DNA of 64,000 bases, taken from NCBI GenBank assembly GCA_964187785.1, contig OZ076421.1, positions 36,022,001 through 36,086,000 on the forward strand. Reading direction: 5' to 3'. The position numbers were made by a program, and so were the translations under genes. This document shows, in pieces, positions 1 to 12,769 of this stretch (position 1 is its first letter; each line of letters opens with the position of its first letter). The DNA is from Amphiscolops sp. MND2022. Taxonomy: Eukaryota. The notes beneath the pieces are model-generated. The model was not told the DNA's origin. It saw only the letters and a program-made list of their open reading frames with translations, and made no database searches.

Positions 1-24
1 TTCATCAGGGTAATTCGAGTTGCT

Positions 25-275
25 TGCCCTCAATGTGATAAAACATTCTCTTGCCGACGAATTATGAATCGCCACACCCGAGAAATTCATGATTACGTGG
101 GGCAGAAATCAGTGAAACAGTGCTCTTTGTGTTCATTCAAAACCAAATTCATTCTAGAATTGTGTTTGCATTTCTAAAGAGTGCATAATCAACTTATCCA
201 TCGAATTTGTTCTTATTGCATTACAGCCTTTTTAAGCCCCAGAGTCTATATAATCATCATGAAGAAGCGCACGGT
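25..275 (+). pseudogene. Three tandem C2H2 zinc fingers at the N-terminus of the Polinton-type pPolB
   Basis: Manual translation: CPQCDKTFSCRRIMNRHTREIH, CSLCSFKTKFILELCLHF*RVH, CSYCITAFLSPQSLYNHHEEAH. One stop and one frameshift precede ORF 207..812. Confidence 0.75.
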
Positions 276-1947
276 CTACCTCGCCCCATAAAAGCAAAGG
301 AGATCGATGGAAAGAAGCCAACCACTAAAGCTATTAACGGCTCGCTGAAAGTCTACACAATTCTGGGTACCGGAGACGATGACCTGTTTGAGTTCATGAT
401 TGACGAAAAGGCAGAATTTCGTAGCATCTTACTTCAAAATACCGTTCGTTATGCACAGAAGGTACAATTTTGTGCAACAATCGAATTAGAGAAACCCGTT
501 GAAGATGAAGACGGAATGAAAATATTTGTTCGGTCCAACATGCAACCAGTATACAAGGAAGGACTGAAAGATGACTTCGATATGGTGGAGAAAATGCTGT
601 CAGTTTTATACACATTCACAGCTTCAGGAAGAGGTTGGATACTTGTTAAAATTGTTCAGCTTGACGTTAGACTGGCACTCTTTGCTCCTATGACGGGTTC
701 GTCATATATCGCGCTACTCAACAAACTACAAAGCTGCAATTCATTATTGAATATACGCAACCATGAGGACCACAACTGTTTTCTATACTGTTTCACTGCT
801 GCGTGGCATTGAAAGTAAGGACCAGCACTTACTCCACGCGGACAACACCCACGAGTCAGGAGAACCGATCCCAGATTATACTCAGATGGCAACCCTGTTG
901 CTCATCAACCAGGAGGTGAATTTGACATGCCCATGGGCCTTGGACAAATTCCACGATTTGAAGAAATCAACAGGTGCAGAATCAACTATTTTCAGTAAGT
1001 AACATTGATTATCATTCTTTTGATTTTAAAACGGAAAAAGTTCAGATATGGTGGTGCAAAAATTTTTCAAACCGATGAACATTTCATGCATTGTGAAGTT
1101 TTGTTATGTTGACAGATTCGAAGACAAATCAATTGAACCTGTTCGAGTGTCAAGTAGAAAGGGTGACCTTCTCGACGTTGACTTACTGCTGTTGGAGGAT
1201 GGCTTCACACATCACTATGTTCTGATAACCAATCTCAGAGCGTTGATTTGCACTGTGAAAAAACGAGCAAACAACTACAAGGAGATATTATGCCGCAATT
1301 GCTTCCACATTTCAGCAACACTCGAGACGTTGTCTCTACAATGAACCCGCAATTATCCATATGCCCAGCGAAAATTCAGCAGTTACAAAGCACGCTGGTT
1401 TGCACCAGGGGTAATTTATTTCGATTTGGAATCAATAATCCAACCACTGGCTCAATGTTGTCAAGAAAGTCAAAACACTGAGACTACAGAACTGCACAAG
1501 CCATCTGGGTTTTGTCTGGTCGGAGTAGAGAACGAAAAAAAGGAACCATTGTTTATTCAACTCGAAAGGTGTGAAGATGGTATAGAAAAGCTTGTGAAAG
1601 CCCTGGAAACCATTGCCCGAAAATTCGATCAGTGGAAACAGAGTCATAGGTACTTCACACGAGAAGCACCGATAGACCCAGATGAAATAATCGAGTGCTG
1701 GATTTGTGAGAAACCCTTTGGGGAAGAAGGTAAAGTATTGAACCATTGTCATTATAGCGGAAAGTTTCTGGGACTTGCTCACAATGAATGCAATCTAAAG
1801 CGCAGAACGCTCAATTTTAATCTTATAGTTGCACACAACTCATCAAACTAGGACTTACATCACTTATTCAAGGAACTTCATCGCTTCGCCAAAGACTGCA
1901 GAATCAATGTCATACCGCAGACGAGTGAAAGGTATATCAGTCTGTCT
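207..1947 (+). pseudogene. Polinton/Maverick-type protein-primed DNA polymerase B, N-terminal part with endonuclease VII-like Zn module
   Basis: ORF pieces 207..812 (GSSYIAL, LLNIRNHEDHNCFLYC), 1048..1344 (HYVLITNL, CRNCFH) and 1426..1851 (HKPSGFCL, CWIC...NHCHYSGKFLGLAHNECNL, VAHN). Multiple stops and frameshifts. Confidence 0.85.
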
Positions 1948-3483
1948 CAAGGTGGGGAATGTTTTAAAAATGTTTTAAAACATTGCCATATAAAACTTTT
2001 AAAACAAGTCAAAAAAACGTGTTTCAAAACATTTTACCCCTATTACGTCAATTGGTGCTTCAAATATGCTTTCTTGCAAACATGCGAACAAAATATTGTT
2101 TCAAAAACTTTATCCTATTTCATTTTTTGTGTGTGTGATAATTCAGGTTGACTTAGTACTTTTGTGGTTTCAGATTGGAATGGGTGGTAAAAGTCATGAC
2201 ATATGGACTTACAAAAAGGTCGAAAAGAACGGTAAGCAACGAGCGTTATGTAATCAGTGTATGACCGACATCGTGCCCCTTGTTGAACGCATGAAGGAAC
2301 ATTAACAGAAATGCAAGGCACCCTCCGCTGCCGAAGACGACGTCATCGAGTCCGAGCCAGGGCCATCTGCTCCCAAAATAGCGAAGCAAACAACATTACC
2401 CTTTCCGTCTGCAAAGCCATCACAGAAACATGAGATAGATCTTCAGAAAACAAGGTTTGTACTTATGTTTTATTATTTTATATATAATTAAATAAACAAG
2501 TTTACAATTATATACCACTGTTTAGGATGCTGCTTGCAACAAACTCATCATTCCGGACCGTGGAAAACAAGCAGTTCAGAAAAATGCTCAAACCAGGCAC
2601 AACTCCGCCGGATAGAAAAGTGTGTGCAGGCTCTTTGTTGAACGAAGTCTTCGATTTCGAATTCTGTAAGGTCAAGAACTCTGTGAAAGGGTTAGTTGGG
2701 ACTATGGCTATAGACGAATGGTCCACTTTAACGAACGACCCTGTTTTTGGCGTATGTGTGTACTATGGTGGCAAATGCTACTTGACTAAGACTAATGACA
2801 CGTCGGGTGAAAGTCATACCACTGAGTATCTCACAGATATTACCGTCGATCAGATCCGGGATATCGAAAGTAATTTGGAAGTCGAAATTACAAGCGTCGT
2901 TAGTGACAATGCATCGAACATGGCATCTATGCGAACTGCATTGAAAGCTAAACAGTCGGCGTACATATCGGATACAGATGTCAATTGCGTCGCAGATGTG
3001 ACGAAATTTATGGCATGCCATGAACCATTTTCAAACGAGCTCTTTGGAGAATCCTTCATCGGTGTCCAGCCAGGAACTTGGTGGGCATCAGGTAAAAAAC
3101 TGGGATTCAATAGCAATCTGATTGAAGTCGCAACTTCTATAACTACATGCTTCGCGTCGTCAGGAGGACTGAAGAGACAATTTTCCACTTTAGGAATTAA
3201 CTATGGAAAACTGCGTTCGATTTCAGAGGTGCAAAAAGCTGGTCGGATTGCTTTTCTCTACCGGCATCTAAATGATGAGTGAATTGCTTATACTGTGTAT
3301 CGTAAACATTTTGAATAAATGTTTTTGAAACATTTATATTGTTTTTGTTGTTGAATAAAACCAGTTCCACGATTGAACGAGAAAGAAAATAAAAAACATA
3401 AAACAAATAAAACAGTGTATTTTTTGAAAAAAAAACATGTTTGTTTGTTTTATTTCATAAAAACGTTTTAAGCCCCCACCCTG
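1948..3483 (+). mobile_element. hAT DNA transposon, internally deleted (1536 bp), inserted in pPolB
   Basis: Ends CAAGGTGGGG (1948) and CCCCACCCTG (3483); perfect 8-bp TSD GTCTGTCT at 1940-1947 and 3484-3491; AT-rich subterminal repeats. Confidence 0.92.
2180..3282 (+). pseudogene. hAT transposase remnant (BED finger, first catalytic segment, dimerization domain)
   Basis: BED-like W..CNQC..H*..C with a stop at 2303-2305; phase-consistent GT-AG intron 2455-2525; AIDEWST and VVSDNASNM motifs joined directly to C-terminal TWW...ASSGGLKRQFS. Middle of the core is missing. Confidence 0.85.
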
Positions 3484-5120
3484 GTCTGTCTAGGTGTACC
3501 AGTTCGCACCTATAAAGACAAGAGCGGGTTGGAGAGAACCATTTACGAATATCTCAGGTTTATCGACTCGTTTCGATTCATGACCACATCACTTGAAAAA
3601 CTGGTGAGCTTTCTTCCACCAGATAAATTCAGTTACTTGGACAACCACTTTGAAACTTACAAACTCGATAGTATACAATACTTCTCGAGCTCACATTTGT
3701 CAGGTGATGCTTTTCCTTCGAGCTTGCAATGCAGACGTTTGTCTAATCACCGAACGAGAACACCTAGAGACGGTTGAGAACATGATACGTGGGGGAGTAT
3801 CTTCAGTCTACGAGAAGCGCCATCTGAAGTGTAACAATGAATATCTCGACAACTATGATCACATTCAAGCTGAAACCTATGGATTACTGGTTGACGCTAA
3901 CAACCTCTATGGAGGAATAATGGAAAAATTCCCGCTGCCATTGAACAGCTTTGTAACTGTAAACACTGACTTGCAGCATATACTGAACACTTCGAACGAC
4001 TCATCAACTGGCTACATCCTCGAAGTCGACCTATAATATCCTGATAATCTCCATAATTCACACCGTGATTTTCCGCTGGCCCCAACGGAGGAGGTCATTT
4101 CTTACCATGATTTGAGCTCTTGGCAACAGGACATTTTGAAGAAAAATAATTCATTACATTCCCGCAGCACAACAAAGAAATTTGTCCAGAGACTGTCTGA
4201 CAAGACAAGCTATACAGTGCACCATATCACGCTCAAGTTGTATGTCAGTCTCGGATTGAAAGTCGCAATAGTTCATAGAGTACTAGTTTCATCAAGAGAG
4301 CTGGTTGAAACCCTACATTCAGCTGAATACATTGAAGCATCAAGAATCCAAAAACAAATATGAAGAAAGTTTCTACAAGCTCAAGAATAACAGCTGCTAT
4401 GGAAAGACTCTAGAAAGCAAACGGAAAAGGTTTAACTTAACTGTTGTTCTTTCTGAAGAGGAAGTGAGAAAAGTAACAGCCAACCACTTATTCCAAGAAT
4501 TCAAAATCTTCGACGACAATCTGGCAGCAATGATAACCAGAAAACGAACTATGCTAAGGAATAAACCAACTATAGTGGGTGCTACCATCCTTGATTTGGC
4601 AAAGTACCTCACGTATAACTTTCATTACAATGTAATGAAAAAGAATTTTGATTGCCGCCTAATCTACTCACACACTGATTCGCTGCTATATGAAATAAAA
4701 GGAAAAGACTACCAAGAACTGGAGACCAGTGAGCAGCTAAGATATCACTTTGATTTGTCCAACTACCCTGATACCCATAGTTTGTACAACAATTCGCAAA
4801 ATCTAGTAACGCTGAAGTTCAAAGATGAGTTTGACGGAGTTCCTCTTCAAGAGTTTACTGTGTTGAAGCCCAAAATTTATTCTATCCTCGCAGGTGGCAA
4901 ACAAAAACTCTCAGTCAAAGGAGTCACTCAATCCGCTCAACGAAAACTCAAGCATGAGCTATACCGCCAGGTTCTGTTGACAGGTCAATCATTCAAAACG
5001 CTTAACACCTGAATTGGCTCAGTGAATCACCAACTGCAGGACCAATAAGGTATCTCTGAGTTGCTTTGATGACAAGCGATTTATTGAAGGTTGTATTACC
5101 TGTTTGCCACTTGGGGATTA
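3484..5120 (+). pseudogene. Polinton-type pPolB, exonuclease end and polymerase domain
   Basis: FIDSFRFM; IRGGVS..LVDANNLYG (motif A); KLKNNSCYGK (motif B); YSHTDS at 4665 (motif C, D to H); LKPKIYS; SCFDDKR. Frameshifted. Confidence 0.9.
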
Positions 5121-5225
5121 TGCAATCAGAGATAAGGCTATTCTCTAAGACATTCTGGATGATGATGATTGGGGAGAAGATTCAACACCTCCCAGTCCCA
5201 CTTGGAGTGAATTTCAGTAATTGGG

Positions 5226-5666
5226 GTGGTTGCCAATCAAAGTAACGAGCAACGCTCGGGCACTCCCAACGTGTTTGATAACACGTACGATCAGATGCTC
5301 GACTGGTCACCACTGGATCCTGGATTGCATCAGAGAAGCTATTCGGAAGAACTCAACGACTATTTAGCAGACTTGGATCAGTCTGATGACGAGCAGTCAC
5401 TTGCATCACGAAGTCCTTTCATAGATGATGAAGCGGAAGATGTCGATCTAGAAAGCTTCATTCTATCTTGCGATAACAATGGAAAAAGGGGATCACCAGA
5501 CACCCAAAGCAGCCATTCAAGTGATATTCAAGTGATTGCGCAGTATACAGAGGATGAGAGAAACTTGTTGTCTGATATCGAACGATATGTGGACTTTGGA
5601 AACGACGAGGAACCAAAAAAGCGACGAAGGTCCAGAATCAGTGATTCGGAGAGCGACAGCGAATAG
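5226..5666 (+). other. Acidic, Ser-rich ORF ending in KKRRR; probable pPolB C-terminal tail or Polinton accessory ORF
   Basis: 146-aa D/E/S-rich ORF directly after the last pPolB motifs; basic cluster PKKRRRSR. Confidence 0.4.
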
Positions 5667-5929
5667 AAACTCTATAATTATTCATCCAACTTATTGCCCA
5701 TAAAAGCTCAAGTATCTTTGTATTGTTTGCTATACTATTCTTTGAGTGGCTTCTCTAGTTCTGCATGAAATCTGTTTTTCCTTTCTTTTCATAGGCTGAG
5801 CAACCGCGAATAAAATTGAGACGTGAGAAAATCTAACTGAACAGTACACCAAAATCATATAAGAATGATCATACGTTAGCATAGGTTATATGCATTCTAT
5901 CTCTCACTATACAGTAGCATACCAGAGGT

Positions 5930-6760
5930 CAAAACCGTCTAAGATTTGATATACACGGACAAATATTGGATATATACAGTCTATCTTTCATTATACAGAA
6001 GCATACTGTAGGCCAAAATAGTCTAAGATTTGATATACACAAGCATATATGGGATATATGCAGTCTATCTTTCATTATACAGTACCATACTGTAGGCCAA
6101 AACCGTCTGAGATTTGATATACACAAGCATATATGGGATATATGCAGTCTATCTTTCGTTATACAGAAGCATACTGTATGCCAAAGTAGTCTAAGATTGA
6201 ATATACACAAGCATTTTTGGGATATATGCAGTCTATCTTTCATTATACAGTACCATACTGTAGGCTAAAACCGTCGAAGATTTGATATACACAAGCATAT
6301 ATGTGATATATGCTGTCCATCTTTCGTTATATGATAGCATATCACATGCCAAAACTAACTAAGGTTTGATATACACAAGCATATATAGGATATATGCACT
6401 CTCTTTCTTTATACAGAAGTATACTACATGCCAAAACTATCTAAAATTGGATATAGACAAGCATATATGGGATATATACAGTCTATCTTCCATTAAACGA
6501 TAGCATACCACACGCTAAAACTAACTAAGATTGGATATACACAAGCATATATAGGGTATTTACACTCTTTCGTTGTACGATAGCATACGACATTCCAAAA
6601 CTAACTAAGATTGGATATACACAAGCATATACAGGATATATGCAGTCTATCTTTCACTATAGGGTAACATACTGTATGCCAAAAGTATCAAAGATTTGGT
6701 ATACACAAGCAAATACAGGGTATATACAGTTTTTCTTTCAGTATATAGAAGGCTAACAAA
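5930..6760. repeat. 84-bp minisatellite, about 10 copies, degenerating rightwards
   Basis: Unit caaaatagtctaagatttgatatacacaagcatatatgggatatatgcagtctatctttcattatacagtaccatactgtaggc counted as 84 nt; gives 28-aa periodicity in ORFs 5929..6243 and 5966..6268. Confidence 0.95.
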
Positions 6761-6987
6761 TCAAATGTGTCTAAGATCTTGAACAATTATCACTTTTTCC
6801 GAGGAAACAAATCTCAGACTAATGCATATGTTTCATCAGGGCCGCCCTGGACCACCTGCACTAAGGCGTAGTAAGTGAGTCTATGCAAGGATGATGAATT
6901 TCAGTGCTGCATTTCATCTGGAAACATCCGAAGATGACCAAGGGACAAGCTGACTTGCACCGGACGAATCCGTTTTACCTATTACTC

Positions 6988-7141
6988 AACATTCAGAAAA
7001 ATTAGATTCAAAGACTAGCATTGAGTATTTACGAAGAAAGCATTTTCAATGATCTTTCAACTGAACATTCAGAAAAGAAATTATATTCAAAGACTAGCAT
7101 TGAGTATATACAAAGAAAGCATTTTCAATGATCTTTCAACT
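6988..7141. repeat. Tandem duplication of about 76-78 bp
   Basis: aacattcagaaaa...gatctttcaact occurs at 6988 and 7064. Confidence 0.9.
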
Positions 7142-7637
7142 TTTCAAGAGCTGATTCAAAAGCCTCTATATGAGCCCAATTACATCTGAGGGCATTGCTG
7201 CTCACCCTCACATCGATTAGCCCCGCCAAACCAATGACTAGCTTTGACATAGGCTCGCCCACAATTCCAGTATCCCTCGTCAATATAACTTCCACATTGG
7301 CAGAACATCCTCGAACTGACTTTTGCCAACTCTGAGGAATGTGCATTAAAGAAAGTTTTGCATTGCGCTCCGCAGCTAACGTTGCAGCTTTCATGGTTCT
7401 TCCGCAACTCTTCCCTATTTCGATGTATCCACCTCTGTTGCCTACAGCAGCGTACACTTTTAAATGGTACTACCCCTCGCCGATGGGTGAATTTTTCAAA
7501 ATTTCCGTTCCAAGATTGTCTTTGAATAGAAAATCAACAATTTCGGGTTCTTTGATTAATTTTCTGGAGGTAACTATTGTCATAACATTAACAATTACTC
7601 CTTTTTTAACCAATCCCCCATGGTTTTGGGACGCCAT
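7125..7637 (-). pseudogene. Stand-alone Lon (S16)-like proteolytic domain, decayed
   Basis: GGYIEIGKSCGRTMKAATLAA...MHIPQSWQKSVRGCSANV...GEPMSKLVIGLAGLIDVR aligns by eye with Lon GKLTYTGSLGEVMQESIQAA...HVPEGATPKDGPSAG...GNPVRADVAMTGEITLR. In-frame ATG at 7637, stop at 7470-7472. Confidence 0.55.
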
Positions 7638-8251
7638 TTTGCACTAAGGGCGACAGGTGCGCAATTTTCTTTGTCGGCATCACAGGTTAAAAGCGACTCT
7701 TTGTGCTTGCCCAGCTTTACTTTAACCTGGAGGTTGGGTTAGATCTATAGCGGACGATTGTGAAGAAATATCCAAGGACAAAGAGTCGAAGGATGACCAA
7801 GAGGATGTCATTTCGTTAACAAAAACTCTTAAAAGCATTAGAATAATAAATCCTTCAACGCTTTTTTAAAGTTTAAAAGATTGGGGAATGTGGTGTATTT
7901 TTTTAGGAAAAGATTTGGAAATGTTTGTAAGTAGAAGAAAAATTTTATTAAATATGATTTACATGAAGGTAACGCAGTGAGCATGAATAAACTCATTGAA
8001 TTATTCAGGCTGGTTTCTGATTTAGAATGTTATTATGTTGCTTCAGTTACACTTGGTGCAGCGGTTGTGTCCATGCTTACCAAAAGACATAGCTTTATCC
8101 AAAAGACTTGAAGTTCTAGTCTCGCTCCGGAAAAATAATTTTATGCACTATACTAAATTTTTTTTACTACTTTACATAATGTCACTGGTACGCAGAAACG
8201 CCACTATGAGCTTCCAACGCTTTATATTTAGGTACAAATGAAGCCATTTCA

Positions 8252-8323
8252 GCTCCCCGTGGTGCAGTGGTAAGCCATCTGACTCCGCCACCCCCGGCCC
8301 GAGTTCGATCCCCGCCAACACCT
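8252..8323 (+). ncRNA. tRNA-derived sequence (SINE head or tRNA pseudogene, Gly/Glu-like)
   Basis: Pol III A box TGGTGCAGTGG and B box GAGTTCGATCC at tRNA spacing; the acceptor stem does not pair. Confidence 0.65.
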
Positions 8324-8399
8324 AAAATGTTTTTCTACTTTAATTCAGGAACCGACCCGACCCTTACCCCCCAGTGAATCTGTATACATCGCAACTACT

Positions 8400-11300
8400 T
8401 ATTAGAATGTGCAAAGTAACCATAAACTAAAATGTCATACTGAACAATCGGCTTGACATGTGTTCTGTAATAGATTAATAACAATTCTGCGTAGAAGCGT
8501 TCTTGTCCGTAAAACAATGTAATTACAGAAAAATAATTTGGTTTTTACTTTACGAGTGATCTTTGAGCGACATTCATCGGTTTCGACCCCAAGCCATTTC
8601 AAATGAGGTTTAATGACTATATCCCGACCAAAATCCAATGATGAAGAATATAACAGCTTTAGACTTGTCGATGTTGCATTTAATTTTGTTCGCTTTCATC
8701 CAAGTGTCAACTAAAGTGACAGATTGTGTAATCGCATGAACATTCGATCGAGTTGTATCAATTATAGTTGGATAATCAGCAAAAAGTTTCACATCTGAGT
8801 CTACGAAACTACCTAAATCATTGACATACAAGATGAGAAACAGAGGTCCAACAACAGAACCCTGGGGTACACCGCAAACGACCTCTTTAATTTAGGACTT
8901 TTAATTCCCAATTTGAACAAATTGCTTCCGGTCAGTTGAACAGGGTCGAAGCAAAAAAAAGATAGGTCCTCTGGAACCATTTTCATGATGTTTTTTAAAT
9001 AGTTTTTCATGATCAATTGTATCGAAAGCTTTCTTCACGTCTATGAAGACACAAGTAGAAGATATTTTTTCATATAGACAGCATCTAATTTGTTCAACCA
9101 GACATGCAACCGCATCTATCGTTTTGTACTTTTCACGGAAACCAAATTAATCAACTCTCAAAAAATCAAACGTTTATATGTATGGAACCATCCGGTTGTA
9201 TATAGCAAGCTCGAAATCTTTAGCTAATGAAGAGTAGTGAAATTGGGCGATAAGTGATGAATTCGCATCATCTTTATACAGCGGCAGTACTTTAGCTACT
9301 TTCAGACAGGACGGAAAGTACTCGGATCTGCTGAATTTGTTGATCAGGTGAGTAATTGTAGGAACGATTGCTGAAGATAGTTTAATCAGTTTGGCTGTGA
9401 TGTCATGAGGGCCTGTCAAGACTTGTTTTTAAAACCTGATATGATTTCTTCAATGTCTGTTTAAGAAACCGATATAGGAAACATGAACTGTATTTGCCGC
9501 ATGTTAGGATGAATTGAAGGTACAGAAGGTATGGTTTTCTGTATATTGAGACCAACTTCGACGAAATAGCCGTTGAAATTGTCCGAAGTAGTGGTTGAAT
9601 TGAAGTTGGGGAAAACAGGATCTGAGGCTTTACCAATTATCTTATTCAATTGTCGATGAAACCGCCTGACATCTTCACCAAAAATAACCTGAACTTGCTG
9701 TTCTTTCTTATCTCTTGTCAAATTTTTAGCAAAATTCCTGTCTGCGATAAGCATCTTTTTTGCCTGTTTTGTGCTTTAGCCCACACTTTGTGCAGGTTGA
9801 TCACGTTTATTCAATTCTCTTTTCAACTTATTGTCCACCCAATTCTTTTTGCTGATCACCACCGTTTTCGATGGTGCATATGAATCAGCTGTCTTGAAGA
9901 TCCACGCGGTCAGCAGCTCGATACATTCATCTAATGTTAATGCGTTCCAATCTACCTTATGTTATGTTCAGCAGGACAAAATTATACCTACAGAAGTTAT
10001 CGTTTTTTGAAGTTTCGATACTTTGGAGACAAATTCTCACATTTTAATGGTTTCTCGACCATCACCCACACAAAATAGTGCTCTGTGATAGTGCATTCAT
10101 ACATTCGATTCGATGATACTGTTGTTGAGTCATAGTAGATGTGATCAAGACAAGATTTTGAGTCATCTTGCTGTCTCGTTACAGCTAGAGGACTACTCAA
10201 ATGTAGGTTGAAAGACTTGAGTGTCCATGAGTGCCTGCACAGTGAATTTTGAGCAAGGAGGTCGACGTTGAAATCACCCATTAAAATTACGAGCTTGTTG
10301 GTTTTGTTCAGTACCGTTTTTTTCGAATACCGTTTTTGCAGCGTTAGGATACCATTACGATGAAATTAGTGGGTGACACAATTTCACCGACAAGCCATTC
10401 AGGTCAAGTGTCTTTGAGTTGCTTCATCAGCAAACCAACACCGCCTCTGATTCCCCTACTTCTATTACATGCAATGAGACTTTGGTAACCAAAAAGTTTG
10501 GAAAGGTTTTGTCTGCTGTTATTCCTGTAGCCAGGTTTCCGTGAAACCGATGATAGTGGGTTTGAGTTTTTCAGACAAAAGAAACACCACTAAATCCAGA
10601 AAATGAGCGCTTAACGAGTGAATGTTCACGTTTATGCAATTTATTTTAGTTTGTTGACACTCCTCATTGACAAGTTTTCAATCCAGTATAGGAAAGTTAC
10701 AAGAGGGAGATGGTGGGTTCATTGGTTGCTAACGATTCGGATTGATAAAACAACTACGATCATCATTAGCGTTGCACTGGAGTTGGCAACCACCGTCATA
10801 GAAGCTCTCGATTTTGTAGATTTTTACATCCTTCTTGAACTTGTAGTTTATAACACCCTCCCGTGTCCAGACAGTTTACTGGATCATCGTCTCTCATCAT
10901 GTTTACGATGTGGATTCTTGGGCCTGTGATATCTTCAAAAACTTCAACACTCCGTAGGACGGACAGGTTTTCTAAAAACTTCTTGAGAATATTGATATTA
11001 GCCACACGTCGTCTGAATCCTACAATTATAGGACTTTCTGTGCTGATTGCGGGTTAGAACTAGGTGAGCAGTTGAAATGTCTTGAGCGGTGACGTTGGCT
11101 TCTGCCTTGTTGGTCACCGACAAGACTTTCTGCATTGACACGTGAGTATGTTCACCCTGTTTTCTCCTATTAACTGTAATCTCATCTTTCAGGTTGAAGA
11201 TGCGAAGATTATCTCTCTCGTTGTAGTTTTCACACCACAACTTCAGCTCTGAATTTTCGTGGACTTGCTCGAGTTCGTTCATCATAGCTTTGCTCACTTC

Positions 11301-11594
11301 ATCTCTCAATCCTACAAGCGCTGTTTGGATCTATTTTTGGATGGCCGACTGTGAAGAAGTTTCCAGGTGCTGTTTGACTCGCGGGATAGCCGCGTTGATC
11401 GACTCCTCGACAGCACTATGGATTTGTTGAACAATATCTGAATCACTGGCTTCATTGATGGGACTAAGTTCAGAGCACAGTCTTTTGTTCTCATCTTGGA
11501 ATGGGACTTTGGTCCAGGAAGCGTAGGGTGGGGGGATCTTGTACCACATTCTGTGGTCGGTTCGTTATTTGATCTCTGGGCACTTCGGTCATCT
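8400..11594 (-). mobile_element. CR1/L2-clade LINE, decayed (ORF1, APE endonuclease, RT)
   Basis: ORF1 pieces (RDNLRIFNL, ISTAH, VFEDIT); APE motifs GGGVGL, GDFNVDLL, SCLDHIY; RT motifs FIDVKKAFDTIDH, GVPQGSVVGPLF, KLFADY; ends at VKPIVQYDILVYG near 8430. Confidence 0.9.
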
Positions 11595-11649
11595 GATTGA
11601 CTTCAGTCATGTTCTCTTGAACTATTTAATAAGGATATCACAACAACCA

Positions 11650-12450
11650 AAATCCTCACAAAATCTTGGCTGTCTGGCCAATTTCCACAAGACTGGAAGT
11701 ACACCAATATCTCAGCAATTCACAAAAAATTGACTCGAAAAGAGCACCAATAACTATAGACCACATCATTCCTGGTTAGATACCACATCATCTGATCAAG
11801 AGAGTTGCTCAGAGCACTTTAAGATTGGAGAGCAGAATTGGACAAAGGGTTGTTGTTGTCGAGACCTACTCGCAGTGGGCAGAAGTAACAAGTGGTGTAC
11901 CCCAAGGATCTGTGACCAACTACAGACAACTTCACGAGTTGAAGAAAGGGCCGATGGCGGCGCTCTGGGATTCATCAGAACGCCACCAGCTCACCTTGAG
12001 CCTAAGAACGATTAATCGAGTAGAGTTTATTGCCTGGGCGGTAAAAACACCTTTGAGTATTGTTAACAGCGAAAAAGAACTCGGAGTAATAATCTTTTCA
12101 ACTCTCTCAATTTATAATGCACTCATCCTGGAAACTTTGAACAAAGCTATAGTAAAACCACACTGAAAATACACCAACCGATCCTGGAAGTAGTACTTGA
12201 CGAAACACAAAGTGGTTATAGAAAATGTTCGGAGGCGTGACGACGCGTCAGGATGGTGGAGTTGTTCAAAATCCTAATCGAATGCGATGACAGAAAGGCT
12301 GCTGAAGGGTTGCTTTAATTAAACTAAAAAGACTAGAAGAAGTACTTATCAGCTAAAGACGAAGAAACGAAGATTCGGAATCAGAATAGACTTCTTTACT
12401 GTTGCCGCTGTTGTGGATTTAATTTCATCGCCAGAAGCTGTTGTACGCAA
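11650..12450 (+). mobile_element. Second CR1-type LINE RT 3' fragment, internally deleted
   Basis: DWKYTNISAIHKK..NYRP; QRVVV..WAEVTSGVPQGSV; SEKELGVI; VKPH. Confidence 0.8.
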
Positions 12451-12769
12451 TGGCAACGTAAACACCTTTAAAACGTTTGGTTGTTTGATAACCAACTATC
12501 AACTAAATAGTGAAAGTTTTCAGTGGAAGAGCATTTAATCAGCGAGAGGAGGAACCCTTTTCTCTGGTCATTTTTAAGTTTTCCTTTTCTTTCGTGATGT
12601 TATTTATTTCGGAGTCTTTTACCTCCAATGATTTTCCGGTGTGAAATTGCAGTAGTTAGAGGATCATGTTCAGAGATTCGGCACCAATTGCAGAGAAAAT
12701 TTATTTTTTTGCACCAAAGTTTATTTTCGCTCTTCTGGGAGTTGCATGTTCAGGCCACTATCTCTTATA

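Noticed and set aside
5929-6268. ORFs with 28-aa repeats on both strands
   Set aside because: By-product of the 84-bp minisatellite; no start context or domain.
5930-6760. CRISPR-like array
   Set aside because: Contiguous tandem units without unique spacers; eukaryotic context and no cas genes.
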